DNA of 64,000 nucleotides from a virus: UHGV virus genome UHGV-0272730; one strand, 5' to 3'. Shown piece by piece: positions 10,413 to 28,682 of this stretch (position 1 is its first letter; each line of letters starts with the position of its first letter). The notes under the pieces were generated by a model. It saw only the letters and a program-made list of their open reading frames with translations, ran no database searches and was not told where the DNA came from. The position numbers and the translations under genes were made by a program.

Positions 10413-10777
10413 TCAGTATTCTTTGTGTTCTTTTCAGTAATAGCTTGGAGGGCTGATACTGATTGAGCCAGATTGTTCACACTGTCAGAGAATTTATCAA
10501 GAGTTTTGGTAAGTTTTGCGTTTTCACCCTTAACATTCTCTAACTGAACTTTCTGGTTCTCCATCCCTAGCTGAATCAGTCTCATGTCAGACTGCAAATC
10601 ACGAATAGCTGAATAGTTACTTTTGGAATAATTATCTAGCTGCTGTAACTTTGTTGTGACAGACACTTCTTGTTTACCACTTGAAACCTGCATCGTGGTA
10701 TACATCCCAATAACACTAAAAATACCAACTACAATTGCACCAATATTATTTTTAAAAGCTTCCTCTAGCCACTTCAT
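10406..10777 (-). CDS. membrane-anchored coiled-coil protein (123 aa)
   Basis: N-terminal TM helix IGAIVVGIFSVIGMY then heptad-like region; last gene of the tail-fibre operon. Confidence 0.45.
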   Translation of the reverse strand: MKWLEEAFKNNIGAIVVGIFSVIGMYTTMQVSSGKQEVSVTTKLQQLDNYSKSNYSAIRDLQSDMRLIQLGMENQKVQLENVKGENAKLTKTLDKFSDSVNNLAQSVSALQAITEKNTKNTEK

Positions 10778-10971
10778 TTATTCTCCCCCTTAAAAGCTTT
10801 TTCTAAGTTATCTACGAACTCATCATCAATAGGTGTGTCTGTTTTACTCGCAAGGTATCTTGCAAGCCTAAAGAACACTTTCTCAATCATGTATTCACTT
10901 AGAAGGGATAAAATGAGTTTCCAGAAGAAGCTACCTAGATTTTTTAGAAGAATTGCTAGGATTGTAGGCAT
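10774..10971 (-). CDS. small membrane protein (65 aa; holin-like topology, unproven)
   Basis: Single hydrophobic helix ILAILLKNLGSFFWKLILSLL with charged C-terminus. Confidence 0.35.
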   Translation of the reverse strand: MPTILAILLKNLGSFFWKLILSLLSEYMIEKVFFRLARYLASKTDTPIDDEFVDNLEKAFKGENK

Positions 10972-11050
10972 TTAATCACCTCATCAGCCAAGATGGTGAG
11001 AATACCCATAAAGAATATTAACACCATCTCAACAATCAGTCAACAAGGGA

Positions 11051-13435
11051 TTAAGCAGTTCTTACCCAAGCCATTAACTTGTAGAACTGGTTAGTAACAC
11101 TGAATGCTGAACCAGAACCTGTACCACCAGTGTTACCACTAACTGTATGAGTGTGAGCACCGATACCTACAGAGTGGGTGTGAGCACCAGTGTTACTTGT
11201 AGTACCAGACCATGTGTGTGTATGGTTACCAGTTGTGTTAGTGTTAGGGAATTTGTTATCTTTTCTATCAAGCCAGTCAAGAGTTCTTGTCTTGCTGTTG
11301 CTAACAGTTGTGTAACCATACTGAGCATCACCACCATTAACCAATAGCAGACCTAAGTGGTGAGCATGGTTACCCGCAGCACTTGTTGTACCACTTACAG
11401 TGTGGGTGTGACCACCAGTACTATTAGTGCTCTTCGTACCATAATCAAAAGATGAAGTGGTAGCAGAGAAGCTGTGAGTGTGTGATGGTAAGTTACCAAC
11501 AGCTAATGTTACAGAATCTGAACCACCAGTTGTAGCAACATCTGAACCGTTAGCTGCTGCGATTCTGATAGTTCTACCAACACCATTGTTCAGGTACGTC
11601 CAAGTTAGACCAGGAAGTGCCGCATTAGGGTCAACATTACTGTTAAACCATGTTACAATACCTACTGGATAGATTTTGTTAAGGTCTGTAGAGTCACTTA
11701 CTGCCTGTGCAATCTTCTGGTCAGTTTCAGCTTTAGTGTATGCACCGATATCTGAAGGGGTTGGTTTAAAATCAGTTGTGTAAAGCTGTGCCTCTCCGGC
11801 ATAGTCACCATTTTTGTCATAGGCATAGGTAAATGTTGCCAGTCCATTTGAGCCATACACAAAAGAGATTCCTCTTGCATGTGCAGCAGTCTTATTAGAG
11901 TGAGCAACATGAATTGCCAATTCTCTCAGTCCACTAGCAACCTGATTGTTTCTGACAAAACCTGAATATCCAAGATTAAAACCTGAAGGGTTTTCAAGGT
12001 TATCTACAGAAACAGTCATTAAGGATTGGTTTAATAACTGAGTTTTAACAAAATATCTAGCATCTAAGTTAGACCAATCAGAAGGTTGAACTTGACCAGT
12101 AATGGTTAGGTTCTTATTAGCCTTAATCGCTGAAGGCATAAGAGTAATTTGAGTCCCAGAGTAGCTGTTGTTTAATGCCACATCAGTAGAATTTGTGCCA
12201 CCCACACCTACCCACCACCTAGATACATTCTGGGTATCAACACCACGGATATATTGTGGCTGCCCCTGTGTTAAGTTTCTTAATACTACGCCTTCATTAT
12301 TTGATACAATAGTTTGCACATTCACAAATGTGTTAGCAACATTAAGCTTAGGTAGGTTACTCAAAGTTGCTGCCGGAATATATCTAGAGTCAATATTAGT
12401 CCAATCCGAAGGTTGAACTTGACCAGTGATTCTGAAGTTCTGGTTGACTGAGATATAGCCATTCTCAAGTCTGATATTTGAACCGTGTACATAGTTGTGT
12501 AGCAGCACAGAGGCTGTGTTATCCCCGTTCCCTACATACCACCTGTTAGTGTTCTGAGAGTCAACACCCTGAATGAATAGTGAGCTAGTTGTTGCATTTT
12601 TCAACCTTAAAGCAGCACTGTCACTGATAATAAGTAGGTTTCTGCTAAACGTGTTAGTGCCAGTGAAATTGTTATTCGCAGCTAACTGTGCAAATCTCTG
12701 ATTAGCTACTGTCTGAGTAAAGTATCTAGCATCTAAGTTAGAGAAGTCAGAAGGTTGAACTTGACCAGTGATTGCTAAAGACTTATTAACAGAGACATTA
12801 CTTGCAACAGTCAAGGCTGAGTTGTATTTGTTATTGTACAGCTTTACTTCGTCAGAGCCATTACTACCAATACCAACCCACCATCTAGCCGAGCCATCTA
12901 GGTTTACACCTTCGATATATTGTGCATTATTTGCATTTTGGTTTCTAAGGCGAAGTAAGTTAGCATCACCTTGAATATTTTGAGTTCCAGAGAATGTGTT
13001 TGTGATAGCTAGTCTTGCATACCTTGCATCATTCTCTTCATTAGTTCTCATCCCAAGTTCATTAGGGCTTGGCTTATTCAGAGTATGATAAACAGTTGCC
13101 GACCTTGAAGTGTCTGCAATAGTCAGTTTAAGGCCATTTGCGTTGATTTTAAAAGTCTTTAAAACATCCCCAATATTAATCTCAGAAGAGCCTGTTGGGT
13201 TAAATACTACCTTACCACCATAAAGTAACTTAACAATCCCTAAATCACCAGTCATAGTACTACCAGCAATCTGAACAAATCTTTCAAGTTTAAAAGATGC
13301 TAAGAAATCTTGATAGGTCATTCGACGGTCTTCATCACCTAGCATTTCAGGTCTCTTTTTAACCCTGACATGAAGAAGGTCATCTGAACGGATTGTATCG
13401 ATTGAGTTTAATTCACTCAACTTGTAATCTGCCAT
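11051..13435 (-). CDS. tail fibre protein (794 aa) with triplicated internal module and His-rich tip
   Basis: Three repeats of ITGQVQPSD(F/W)(S/T)N(L/I)D(A/S)RY(F/I); C-terminal GNHTHT...GAHTHS...GAHTHT motifs. Confidence 0.7.
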   Translation of the reverse strand: MADYKLSELNSIDTIRSDDLLHVRVKKRPEMLGDEDRRMTYQDFLASFKLERFVQIAGSTMTGDLGIVKLLYGGKVVFNPTGSSEINIGDVLKTFKINANGLKLTIADTSRSATVYHTLNKPSPNELGMRTNEENDARYARLAITNTFSGTQNIQGDANLLRLRNQNANNAQYIEGVNLDGSARWWVGIGSNGSDEVKLYNNKYNSALTVASNVSVNKSLAITGQVQPSDFSNLDARYFTQTVANQRFAQLAANNNFTGTNTFSRNLLIISDSAALRLKNATTSSLFIQGVDSQNTNRWYVGNGDNTASVLLHNYVHGSNIRLENGYISVNQNFRITGQVQPSDWTNIDSRYIPAATLSNLPKLNVANTFVNVQTIVSNNEGVVLRNLTQGQPQYIRGVDTQNVSRWWVGVGGTNSTDVALNNSYSGTQITLMPSAIKANKNLTITGQVQPSDWSNLDARYFVKTQLLNQSLMTVSVDNLENPSGFNLGYSGFVRNNQVASGLRELAIHVAHSNKTAAHARGISFVYGSNGLATFTYAYDKNGDYAGEAQLYTTDFKPTPSDIGAYTKAETDQKIAQAVSDSTDLNKIYPVGIVTWFNSNVDPNAALPGLTWTYLNNGVGRTIRIAAANGSDVATTGGSDSVTLAVGNLPSHTHSFSATTSSFDYGTKSTNSTGGHTHTVSGTTSAAGNHAHHLGLLLVNGGDAQYGYTTVSNSKTRTLDWLDRKDNKFPNTNTTGNHTHTWSGTTSNTGAHTHSVGIGAHTHTVSGNTGGTGSGSAFSVTNQFYKLMAWVRTA

Positions 13436-13481
13436 TATAAATTTTCCTCTTAAAAGGGGCTATAAAGCCCCTGTAAAGAAA

Positions 13482-14669
13482 TTAAGCCGTTCTCTGCCAT
13501 ACATACAGTACGAAGGATGGCTGCTCAATATTGAAAGCTTGTCCACCACCAACACTGTTAGTGTTCCCGCTATGTGTATGCTCAGAAGAAGAAACTGTCA
13601 CAGTACCATTGTGCGTATGTGAACCAATACCAACTGTGTGGCTGTGAGCACCAATACCAACCGTATGGTTGTGGTTACCAGTTGTGTTAGTGGTAACACT
13701 GAAAGAGTGAGTGTGTGCACCAGCTACTTCACAGACAGCATCTGCTGAGTACCATGATTGGTCATTTCTTGAAGACCAAACCATTGCAGGTCTTTCAGAT
13801 AAACCACCACCTGATTCATAGGTCAATCTGTGGTTGTGAGCACCAGCAGCACTTGTTGACCCACTGCCAACATGGTTGTGGTTACCAGTCGTGTTAGTGG
13901 TCTTTGTTCCATAGTCAAAAGAGTTGGTAGTCTTAGTTCCATAATCAAAAGCTGAAATTGACACAGTTGCATTATGAGTATGACCACCACCACTAAGAGA
14001 CACAGAGTGAGAGTGTTGAGGCATGTTATTGACTGACAAAGTGACAGTTGAAGCACCAAATACAGAACCTGCTGGTCTTGTGTCAGAGTCATAACCAACC
14101 AATGCTCTACCCTTTGAAACTAACTCCCAAGTACCTCCACAAATTAAATATGTAGAAGGGTTTGCAGAGTTCATGGAAAGATGGATAGTACCTACTGGAT
14201 AGGAAGCCTGAACAGCCTTGTACAAGTTATTTACTGCTCTTGCTGTAGCATACTTATCTGCATCTTCATTATAAAGGTTAGATGTTGTCCAGTTCTGAAC
14301 ATTACTCAATCCTACCTGTGCCTTAGTTGTATTATGTGGGTTGCTCTTGTCCTGAATATGCTGTTGAACAAGATTATTAACCTCTTCTGAAGACATAATC
14401 TGTAGATTTGCTCTTGCCTGAGCTACATTAGTAACGTCTGATAAGTTATTTGCAGCAACTAACTGAAGAGCATTAATAACATTATCTAAACCAATTTGTG
14501 TTTTAGTAACACCATGAGGGTTATTTCTTAGGCTTGAGTGTGGAGCAAGTAATTGCTCAAGAGTACATCTCTTATCCTCAATACCCTGCTTAAGATGGAA
14601 GATATCACTAAGGTCAATTGGTAAGGCTGCTTGAGGCAAGGCACTAATTTGAATTTCACCTACTGCCAT
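13482..14669 (-). CDS. tail fibre protein (395 aa) with His-x-His tip
   Basis: C-terminal repeated G(N/A)H(N/T/S)H motifs and duplicated FDYGTKTTN segment. Confidence 0.7.
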   Translation of the reverse strand: MAVGEIQISALPQAALPIDLSDIFHLKQGIEDKRCTLEQLLAPHSSLRNNPHGVTKTQIGLDNVINALQLVAANNLSDVTNVAQARANLQIMSSEEVNNLVQQHIQDKSNPHNTTKAQVGLSNVQNWTTSNLYNEDADKYATARAVNNLYKAVQASYPVGTIHLSMNSANPSTYLICGGTWELVSKGRALVGYDSDTRPAGSVFGASTVTLSVNNMPQHSHSVSLSGGGHTHNATVSISAFDYGTKTTNSFDYGTKTTNTTGNHNHVGSGSTSAAGAHNHRLTYESGGGLSERPAMVWSSRNDQSWYSADAVCEVAGAHTHSFSVTTNTTGNHNHTVGIGAHSHTVGIGSHTHNGTVTVSSSEHTHSGNTNSVGGGQAFNIEQPSFVLYVWQRTA

Positions 14670-14671
14670 TA

Positions 14672-22693
<8,022 letters not shown>

Positions 22694-22694
<1 letters not shown>

Positions 22695-22933
22695 TACATT
22701 TTTCCTGCTCTTCTAAGTTCGTTGTAAGCAATTTCCTCTTTATACGACCTCTGAATCTCAAGAAATTGTCTCAATGATAATAAATCAGAGAATGTCATAG
22801 CAAAGAGTTGGTCAAGTGTTTCTTTACACCCTTCCATACCATAAATAGCAAGCACAAATTTCATCTCGTCTGCTTCTTCATAGGTTGCCTCTACAGCAGC
22901 ATCAGTTAGTGGTGTCTGTAGAGTGTTACCCAT
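22694..22933 (-). CDS. tail assembly chaperone (distal ORF)
   Basis: 79 aa ORF directly after the 132 aa ORF in a different frame, in the usual position of a chaperone pair. Confidence 0.45.
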
Positions 22934-22935
22934 GT

Positions 22936-23334
22936 TTACTGAGAAGTTAGGCTTTTGAAAATGCTTGCTTCGAAAAAACTTCCGAAGTTTGCCTCCAGCG
23001 CAAATGCTAAGTAATCAATAAACTCACCGTAGTTTGCTTGGAAGTACGTATCAATATTAAGTGGGAAGTCATCAACAGTTGCCCCTTGAAATAACAGGGT
23101 AGCCATTTCTTCAAGGTTAATTTCTTCAATTCTGTCAAAACAAGCTTCAACAAGTTCTTTAAATGGAACCATTGGAGCTTCTTTCTTACCCTTGTCAGTC
23201 AGACTTGACAGCATCTGTGCAAAAGTTGGAACAACAATTTTACCCAACTTCATAGACATCTTAATACCATCTCTTGCCCCAAGCAGAACGATATTTACTT
23301 TCTTACCATTAATTACTCTAGATTCTGTTTTCAT
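22936..23334 (-). CDS. tail assembly chaperone
   Basis: 132 aa; between tube and tape measure genes. Confidence 0.5.
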   Translation of the reverse strand: MKTESRVINGKKVNIVLLGARDGIKMSMKLGKIVVPTFAQMLSSLTDKGKKEAPMVPFKELVEACFDRIEEINLEEMATLLFQGATVDDFPLNIDTYFQANYGEFIDYLAFALEANFGSFFEASIFKSLTSQ

Positions 23335-23360
23335 TGTGATTCCTTAATACTTTTAAAAGA

Positions 23361-23396
23361 AACAAAAAAGGGGAAGACCTTTTAAAGTCTCCCCCT
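23361..23396 (-). terminator. rho-independent terminator
   Basis: GGGGAAGAC...GTCTCCCC hairpin followed by a U-run on the minus strand. Confidence 0.55.
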
Positions 23397-23407
23397 TATA
23401 GGATTTA

Positions 23408-23854
23408 TTAAACACTTGACGCTGGAATTGTAGAAGTGTAGTCTAGCTTCTCACAACCAAAAATCCAAGTTTTAGAGTTCTGGTCACGACCAAGTTCAAT
23501 CTGCGGTAATTCCTGCAACCAAGCATTAATACCAGTTGCCAGAACAGAGCCTGATGGGTCGTAGATTACGAAGTTAGAAGAGATATCTTCTTCAAGTTCC
23601 ATATTGTCTTGTTTAGCTTGAATTGCAGAAAGCATCTGGTTAGAGAGAGAAGTCTGCATTAACTCAATCTCAATAGTACCTGTCTTGTCTGCATTTCTTG
23701 TCAGAGCAACTTGACCACCTGCACCAACAACTGGTGTCACAAGTGGTGATGTTCTCTGTAGACGCAAGAATGAATCTGGGGCAAAGCCTTCAATGGCAAT
23801 ACCATTCCAGCTACATACAACGTCTTTAGGGGAATATTGCTGATACATAGCCAT
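23408..23854 (-). CDS. tail tube protein
   Basis: 148 aa; immediately downstream of the sheath-sized gene. Confidence 0.55.
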   Translation of the reverse strand: MAMYQQYSPKDVVCSWNGIAIEGFAPDSFLRLQRTSPLVTPVVGAGGQVALTRNADKTGTIEIELMQTSLSNQMLSAIQAKQDNMELEEDISSNFVIYDPSGSVLATGINAWLQELPQIELGRDQNSKTWIFGCEKLDYTSTIPASSV

Positions 23855-23869
23855 TCCAATTTACCTCTA

Positions 23870-25222
23870 TTATTCGTAAGCCACTGTACCTTTCAAGTCA
23901 ACATCCAAGATAGCCCCTGCTAAGATACCTGCGAAGGTAACGTCTTTCAGGATACGTGCTTTCTTGTCTGCTAAAGCAACTTGAGAGGCTTTAGGAACAT
24001 TAACTGTGTAAGATGACAGGAAGTTTCTGTTGACTGCTCTTTGCAGAGAGGTTTCAATGACTTGACGAATACGAGTAATACCAGTATCATCATAAGTAAT
24101 CTTACCACCCTTCTGGTTAATTAGCAAGTCTCTCAGAGAAGTTTTCAGGTCTGATTCTAACCAGTCAACACCACGGATGATATCAATCCATTCCCCACCA
24201 GAAGTAATCCCTCTACGAACCACTGGAACACCACCATCAAGGTCAATAAAGTTACAGTGACGTGCATCTAAAGCAGACTTCTGAATACTTGTCAGAGGTC
24301 TCTGATTAGATGGTTGTAGAGAAGCTGCTACACCAGTTAGCTGAGCATTACCCCAAGCAATCGAACCTGCGTCATATGGAGCACCATAAGCAATGTATGC
24401 CATCTCTGGATAATCTTCTGCTGCTGTGTGATGCCACAAGCAAACTGTACGAGTGTACATATTCTTAGCAAGCTGTGCTGGAACATCATTTGCACTGGCT
24501 AATTCTGTGCCTTGCAGTGCTGCTACATCTGAGTTAGCCGTAAAGAAGATTTTCTTGCGAGCCTGAATCTCAGAAGCCATTGCTAAGACAAACTGTTGAG
24601 TTCTGTCTTCTGCTGCAATGAAATACCAGTCAGTAGAATAAGCTTCGATAGCTGCCAGAGCAGTTGATGCTGTATCGGCAGTTGTACTTGCAATGTATAC
24701 AGTCTGTGCTGTGGTTGTTACTTTCACAAAGTCATTATCACCAGCTTTGGTAATAATCATTGTGGCAGAGCCATTGCTACCAGTTACATTCACAGAAACC
24801 TTATCTTTGATTGTTGGGTCAGCTTCAATCTGTGTTTTAAACTGTTGCAACACTACCTCAGCAGTGTCTGAGTCTTGTGCTGTGTACTGGTATGGTTGAG
24901 AAATTCCACCGCCAGCAGCTACAGTAATTGAGTAGTCTGTACTTTCGGTAACGGCATCAGGAATTGATACAGTGTACTGCATAGCACGTCTACCAATATA
25001 AAGCTGAGTTACTTTAGGAGTCTGACTCCAAAGTTGTTTAGCAGCCTTATATGCAGCAGAGTTTTCATCGAAATCTTCAGCAACTTCAGTTAAGGAAGTG
25101 TAACCACGGACTCTTTCTTCAAAGTTATCTGTTGAAGCTAAGAATAGTGGCAAACCAAAACCTTCTCTTGTAGTTCCTGCGGTGTTCAATGTAATATCTA
25201 CATTAACAATTGGATTCCACAT
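23870..25222 (-). CDS. tail sheath protein
   Basis: 450 aa; upstream of tube and chaperones; implies a contractile tail. Confidence 0.55.
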   Translation of the reverse strand: MWNPIVNVDITLNTAGTTREGFGLPLFLASTDNFEERVRGYTSLTEVAEDFDENSAAYKAAKQLWSQTPKVTQLYIGRRAMQYTVSIPDAVTESTDYSITVAAGGGISQPYQYTAQDSDTAEVVLQQFKTQIEADPTIKDKVSVNVTGSNGSATMIITKAGDNDFVKVTTTAQTVYIASTTADTASTALAAIEAYSTDWYFIAAEDRTQQFVLAMASEIQARKKIFFTANSDVAALQGTELASANDVPAQLAKNMYTRTVCLWHHTAAEDYPEMAYIAYGAPYDAGSIAWGNAQLTGVAASLQPSNQRPLTSIQKSALDARHCNFIDLDGGVPVVRRGITSGGEWIDIIRGVDWLESDLKTSLRDLLINQKGGKITYDDTGITRIRQVIETSLQRAVNRNFLSSYTVNVPKASQVALADKKARILKDVTFAGILAGAILDVDLKGTVAYE

Positions 25223-25822
25223 TTATTTTACCCCTTTGGAGTCTACATCTAGATGGATAGTATATTCTGGTGGCTCTTGTCCTTCTTCATAAACTAACTC
25301 ACCATCAACAATGACACGCTCAATAATACTTCCACGTTCATCTTTCAGGACTGAGTTTTTTACAAGAGTTACAACAAGAGGTGCAGAATTTTCGAAATCT
25401 GTATTGAGATAAGTGTAATCATTTGGGATTGCTCCAGTGTCCAGTACTGTAGCTCCTGTTTCTTCAAGGATTAAATCTCTGACTGAACTCATCTCTAATC
25501 GTTGTTTAAGCTCAAGCATAATACTGTGAGCACCTTTACCATTCACCGTAATTAACACTGGAATCTGAAAAGCAATTCTGTAGCAAACTACATCATCCTC
25601 AACAAACTTATCAAGAACCCAACCATAAGGTGTTGCAGCATCTTGACAGTATACGGTGATAAATGGCTGGTCAGGTTTTAAACCTTTGTCATTTGAGTTA
25701 TCAGAAGGGTAAGCTCTAATTACATTTGGTCTATTATTCTTATCACGAGCTAGTCTGTGACCAATAACATCCACTAAGGTTCTAACTAGACCTTTTTCAA
25801 GTTCTGCTGTTTCTAACTGCAT
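25223..25822 (-). CDS. tail completion/head-tail joining protein
   Basis: 199 aa; position between capsid and sheath genes. Confidence 0.35.
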   Translation of the reverse strand: MQLETAELEKGLVRTLVDVIGHRLARDKNNRPNVIRAYPSDNSNDKGLKPDQPFITVYCQDAATPYGWVLDKFVEDDVVCYRIAFQIPVLITVNGKGAHSIMLELKQRLEMSSVRDLILEETGATVLDTGAIPNDYTYLNTDFENSAPLVVTLVKNSVLKDERGSIIERVIVDGELVYEEGQEPPEYTIHLDVDSKGVK

Positions 25823-26198
25823 TCAGTTTATCCCTTCTAATAATGATATATTCATAATGGGACGTATGGGCTAATTGCTGTGACCAATCCATAGTCATAA
25901 ATACTTCATACTCATGACCATCAATCATAACAATATCAGACTCATTCCACTCTACATCATCTGAAGTTCTAAGTTTATATGTGGTATACAGGATTCTTGT
26001 ATCGGTAAGCCTAATACCTTCCGGTAAAGCAATCTGTGTACCATTCTTTACAGAACCTTTGATATATGGCTGGATATTACCTTTACAGTTAACCTCTACA
26101 ACATCTTGTGAAGCTACCCAATCACCATCATCATTATAATAACCGTCTTCAGAGACTTTACGCTTTACTACAAAGCTGTGTCTGTTTAAGAGCCTCAT
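25797..26198 (-). CDS. head-tail connector protein
   Basis: 133 aa; position. Confidence 0.35.
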   Translation of the reverse strand: MRLLNRHSFVVKRKVSEDGYYNDDGDWVASQDVVEVNCKGNIQPYIKGSVKNGTQIALPEGIRLTDTRILYTTYKLRTSDDVEWNESDIVMIDGHEYEVFMTMDWSQQLAHTSHYEYIIIRRDKLNAVRNSRT

Positions 26199-26677
26199 TT
26201 TTTAATACCCTTCTTAGTAGAAATTTTATAAGCAAGGTTATCCCTTAAGTCACCTGTCTCAACAAGAGGTGCATTAAAGCCTTTTTTCTTGACTGTGGAA
26301 GGTGCGTTAGGAGGGAGAATAGCAGAATTACCAAAACCTCTTTTAATTGCCTTTTGAGCATTCTTTGCAAATGCTTCTAAGGTATCTGAAGGGTCTGTGT
26401 TGAGACTGCTAAGTTGCTTATATAGATTCTTCTTAGTCTGCTCTAACAAGGTCTGTCTGTTTAGCATCATAGTGATTTCAAACAACCTACGATATACTTT
26501 ACCAGAAGCTGAAGGAACCCCAATAACTTCTTGTAAATACATTAAAGCAGGATAAGAAAAACCAGAGCTATGTTGACCTTGTTCTTGAAAATACCCAACT
26601 TGAGCATTAGCCGTTTGCAAGTTCTTCATAGCCCCGACTAATTTTGCTCTAGCGGGGTGAATAACCCTTTTAACCAT
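26195..26677 (-). CDS. head-tail connector protein
   Basis: 160 aa; position. Confidence 0.35.
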   Translation of the reverse strand: MVKRVIHPARAKLVGAMKNLQTANAQVGYFQEQGQHSSGFSYPALMYLQEVIGVPSASGKVYRRLFEITMMLNRQTLLEQTKKNLYKQLSSLNTDPSDTLEAFAKNAQKAIKRGFGNSAILPPNAPSTVKKKGFNAPLVETGDLRDNLAYKISTKKGIKK

Positions 26678-27126
26678 TATTCATCTCGCTCGATAATAAA
26701 TACGCCATTAACACGGTTGCAGTAATCTCTGCCTTCGTATCTGGCAGCATCACCATATTCTGTGTATTTCTTGACAGAGCAAGGATTCTGACGACGCATG
26801 TCAATATCACACTGATTAATACCACCTGCATAGGGTAGTCCTGAAACAGAGCTTTTAACAAGGTCGTCATAAACAGCTTTCAGAGACTTGAATCTGGAAG
26901 AGTTACGTAAATAGACACCACCAACTTTCTCATCTCCCATCTTGGCTACTTGAAAGAGTAAATATTTAAGAGCTTTGATGGCTGCTTTCTTTTCATCCTT
27001 TCCAGATTCTAGATAGAACCACTCTAGCACAGACTGCTCAATAAGAATTTCATCATTATTGGTGTCTGTGCAGAGGATTCTTACTCTATCAAGAGGGTTA
27101 TTGGCTGGGTCGCCTGTATAACACAT
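26677..27126 (-). CDS. head-tail connector protein
   Basis: 149 aa; position. Confidence 0.35.
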   Translation of the reverse strand: MCYTGDPANNPLDRVRILCTDTNNDEILIEQSVLEWFYLESGKDEKKAAIKALKYLLFQVAKMGDEKVGGVYLRNSSRFKSLKAVYDDLVKSSVSGLPYAGGINQCDIDMRRQNPCSVKKYTEYGDAARYEGRDYCNRVNGVFIIERDE

Positions 27127-27147
27127 TCATAACCCTCCTTAAGAATA

Positions 27148-28260
27148 TTAGTCTGGTTTAGCGTCAGAACGAACGTCTACCAGCAACTGAGGACGTGTGC
27201 AGTATGGCAGCATGTAAGAGTGAGCTTCAAAGTCAATACCTTCGTCACGGTCTTTTTCGTATTCGAATACGTATAGTTCCTGACCAAGTGTATTCGCATA
27301 ACCCATCTTAGGACATGGGCCATATGCCACTTCGAAGATGTTGTTTGCTTCACCCAGCATAGAAACGTTAGGGAAAGCATGTCCTACACCTACAGTTCCA
27401 TCCTGAGTAACACCATCAATGCTCACCAGAGTGTGAACCTTACCACGCTTGTCTTTGAACTTACCGTTGTACTGGACAAACTTAACACCACCGTAGTAGA
27501 AAGTGTTCATGTGGGCCTGAACGCCGTCAGTACCACCAGTTCTCAGAGAACCAGTAATCTGCTGCCAAGCCAGTGGAGTCTGCTGTGCAAGATAAGCGTC
27601 ACGAATCTTAGGATGCTTAACCAGTTTGCTGAAGAACACACGGTCAACAACTACGTGAATTTCTTCACCGTTGATTACAGTGCCAGTCTTAGCTTCGTCT
27701 TCCATGTGCATACGCAGTTCTTCAATAGAAGCGTCGATGTCAGCATTAGGGTTGTCAAGGTCGAAGTAAACAGTCTTCTTCTCAACGTCGAACTGCTTGT
27801 ACAGGTCAGCATACAGAGTACCACGAGCATCAACAACTTTACCCTTCAGAGCTTGCATAAACAAGAACTCACGAGTAATATCGAACTTGGTACGAATCTT
27901 CATCAGCTTCTTAGCACGTACTACAGCTTCAGTAGTCAGTTCGTTTGCAGTGCCTGGCTGACGTACACCCTGAATCTCATCAGGAGTAATGCTTTCAACT
28001 TCTTTGAAGTACATCATTGGGAAGCTGATTTGACGGACACGCTCAGGTGCGCTAGTCTCTGCTTTACGGCTATCACGGTCTACCGCATCAAGCAAGCTAA
28101 CATCCCAATCAGTCAAGTCCATAAGGAAAGTAGTTTGGGTGATTGGTGCTGAACGGAACAGACCTAAGTTGGAAATATACCCATAAGTATTTGGGATAGA
28201 CTGGACTTCACCAGTCAGGTCAGCAAGGAAAAATCTGCTTTTTTCAGAATTAGTCAACAT
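27148..28260 (-). CDS. major capsid protein
   Basis: 370 aa; position after protease/scaffold and small head gene. Confidence 0.55.
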   Translation of the reverse strand: MLTNSEKSRFFLADLTGEVQSIPNTYGYISNLGLFRSAPITQTTFLMDLTDWDVSLLDAVDRDSRKAETSAPERVRQISFPMMYFKEVESITPDEIQGVRQPGTANELTTEAVVRAKKLMKIRTKFDITREFLFMQALKGKVVDARGTLYADLYKQFDVEKKTVYFDLDNPNADIDASIEELRMHMEDEAKTGTVINGEEIHVVVDRVFFSKLVKHPKIRDAYLAQQTPLAWQQITGSLRTGGTDGVQAHMNTFYYGGVKFVQYNGKFKDKRGKVHTLVSIDGVTQDGTVGVGHAFPNVSMLGEANNIFEVAYGPCPKMGYANTLGQELYVFEYEKDRDEGIDFEAHSYMLPYCTRPQLLVDVRSDAKPD

Positions 28261-28293
28261 TGTAAAATTCTCCAGAATGTCTTATTATTGTTA

Positions 28294-28671
28294 TTACAGG
28301 CCAGTTGGTACGAAATCAATACCTTTAGCAGCCAGAGCTTTCTTGACGTTCTCAGCATTAACACCAGACTCAAGAGTAAGCATGTCTTTCAGTTCTGCGT
28401 CGCGGTAAATACCAACGACTTTCAACTGACCGTGGTAAGACAGTTGCAGGTCTGCATAAAAGTTAACGATACATACAGAATCAGCCTGAGCTTCTTCCCC
28501 TGCTGCAACTTTAGTACCATCTGCTTTCAGGACTTCACCTACACGGTATTCTGTTGAAGCAACTGGAGTGTACTCTTTGCGAGAGTGACCTGTTGGGGTA
28601 ACCTGTTCCCAAAGAATGATATCATTCAGAGGTTCTCTTTTACCTAAGTGAGTAAAACCTTCATATGCCAT
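28294..28671 (-). CDS. head protein (decoration or auxiliary)
   Basis: 125 aa gene between protease/scaffold and capsid. Confidence 0.4.
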   Translation of the reverse strand: MAYEGFTHLGKREPLNDIILWEQVTPTGHSRKEYTPVASTEYRVGEVLKADGTKVAAGEEAQADSVCIVNFYADLQLSYHGQLKVVGIYRDAELKDMLTLESGVNAENVKKALAAKGIDFVPTGL

Positions 28672-28682
28672 TATTGTGTTCC

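Noticed and set aside
27379-28152. 257 aa ORF on the plus strand antisense to the major capsid gene, and similar antisense ORFs (231-635, 1368-1592, 11147-11347, 12168-12416, 15227-15754, 16426-16707, 28648-29100, 32476-32892, 35078-35323, 40384-40718, 55530-55985, 62112-62430, 63132-63615)
   Set aside because: All lie entirely within longer, better-supported genes on the opposite strand, lack convincing RBS context and have low-complexity or odd composition; treated as frame shadows.
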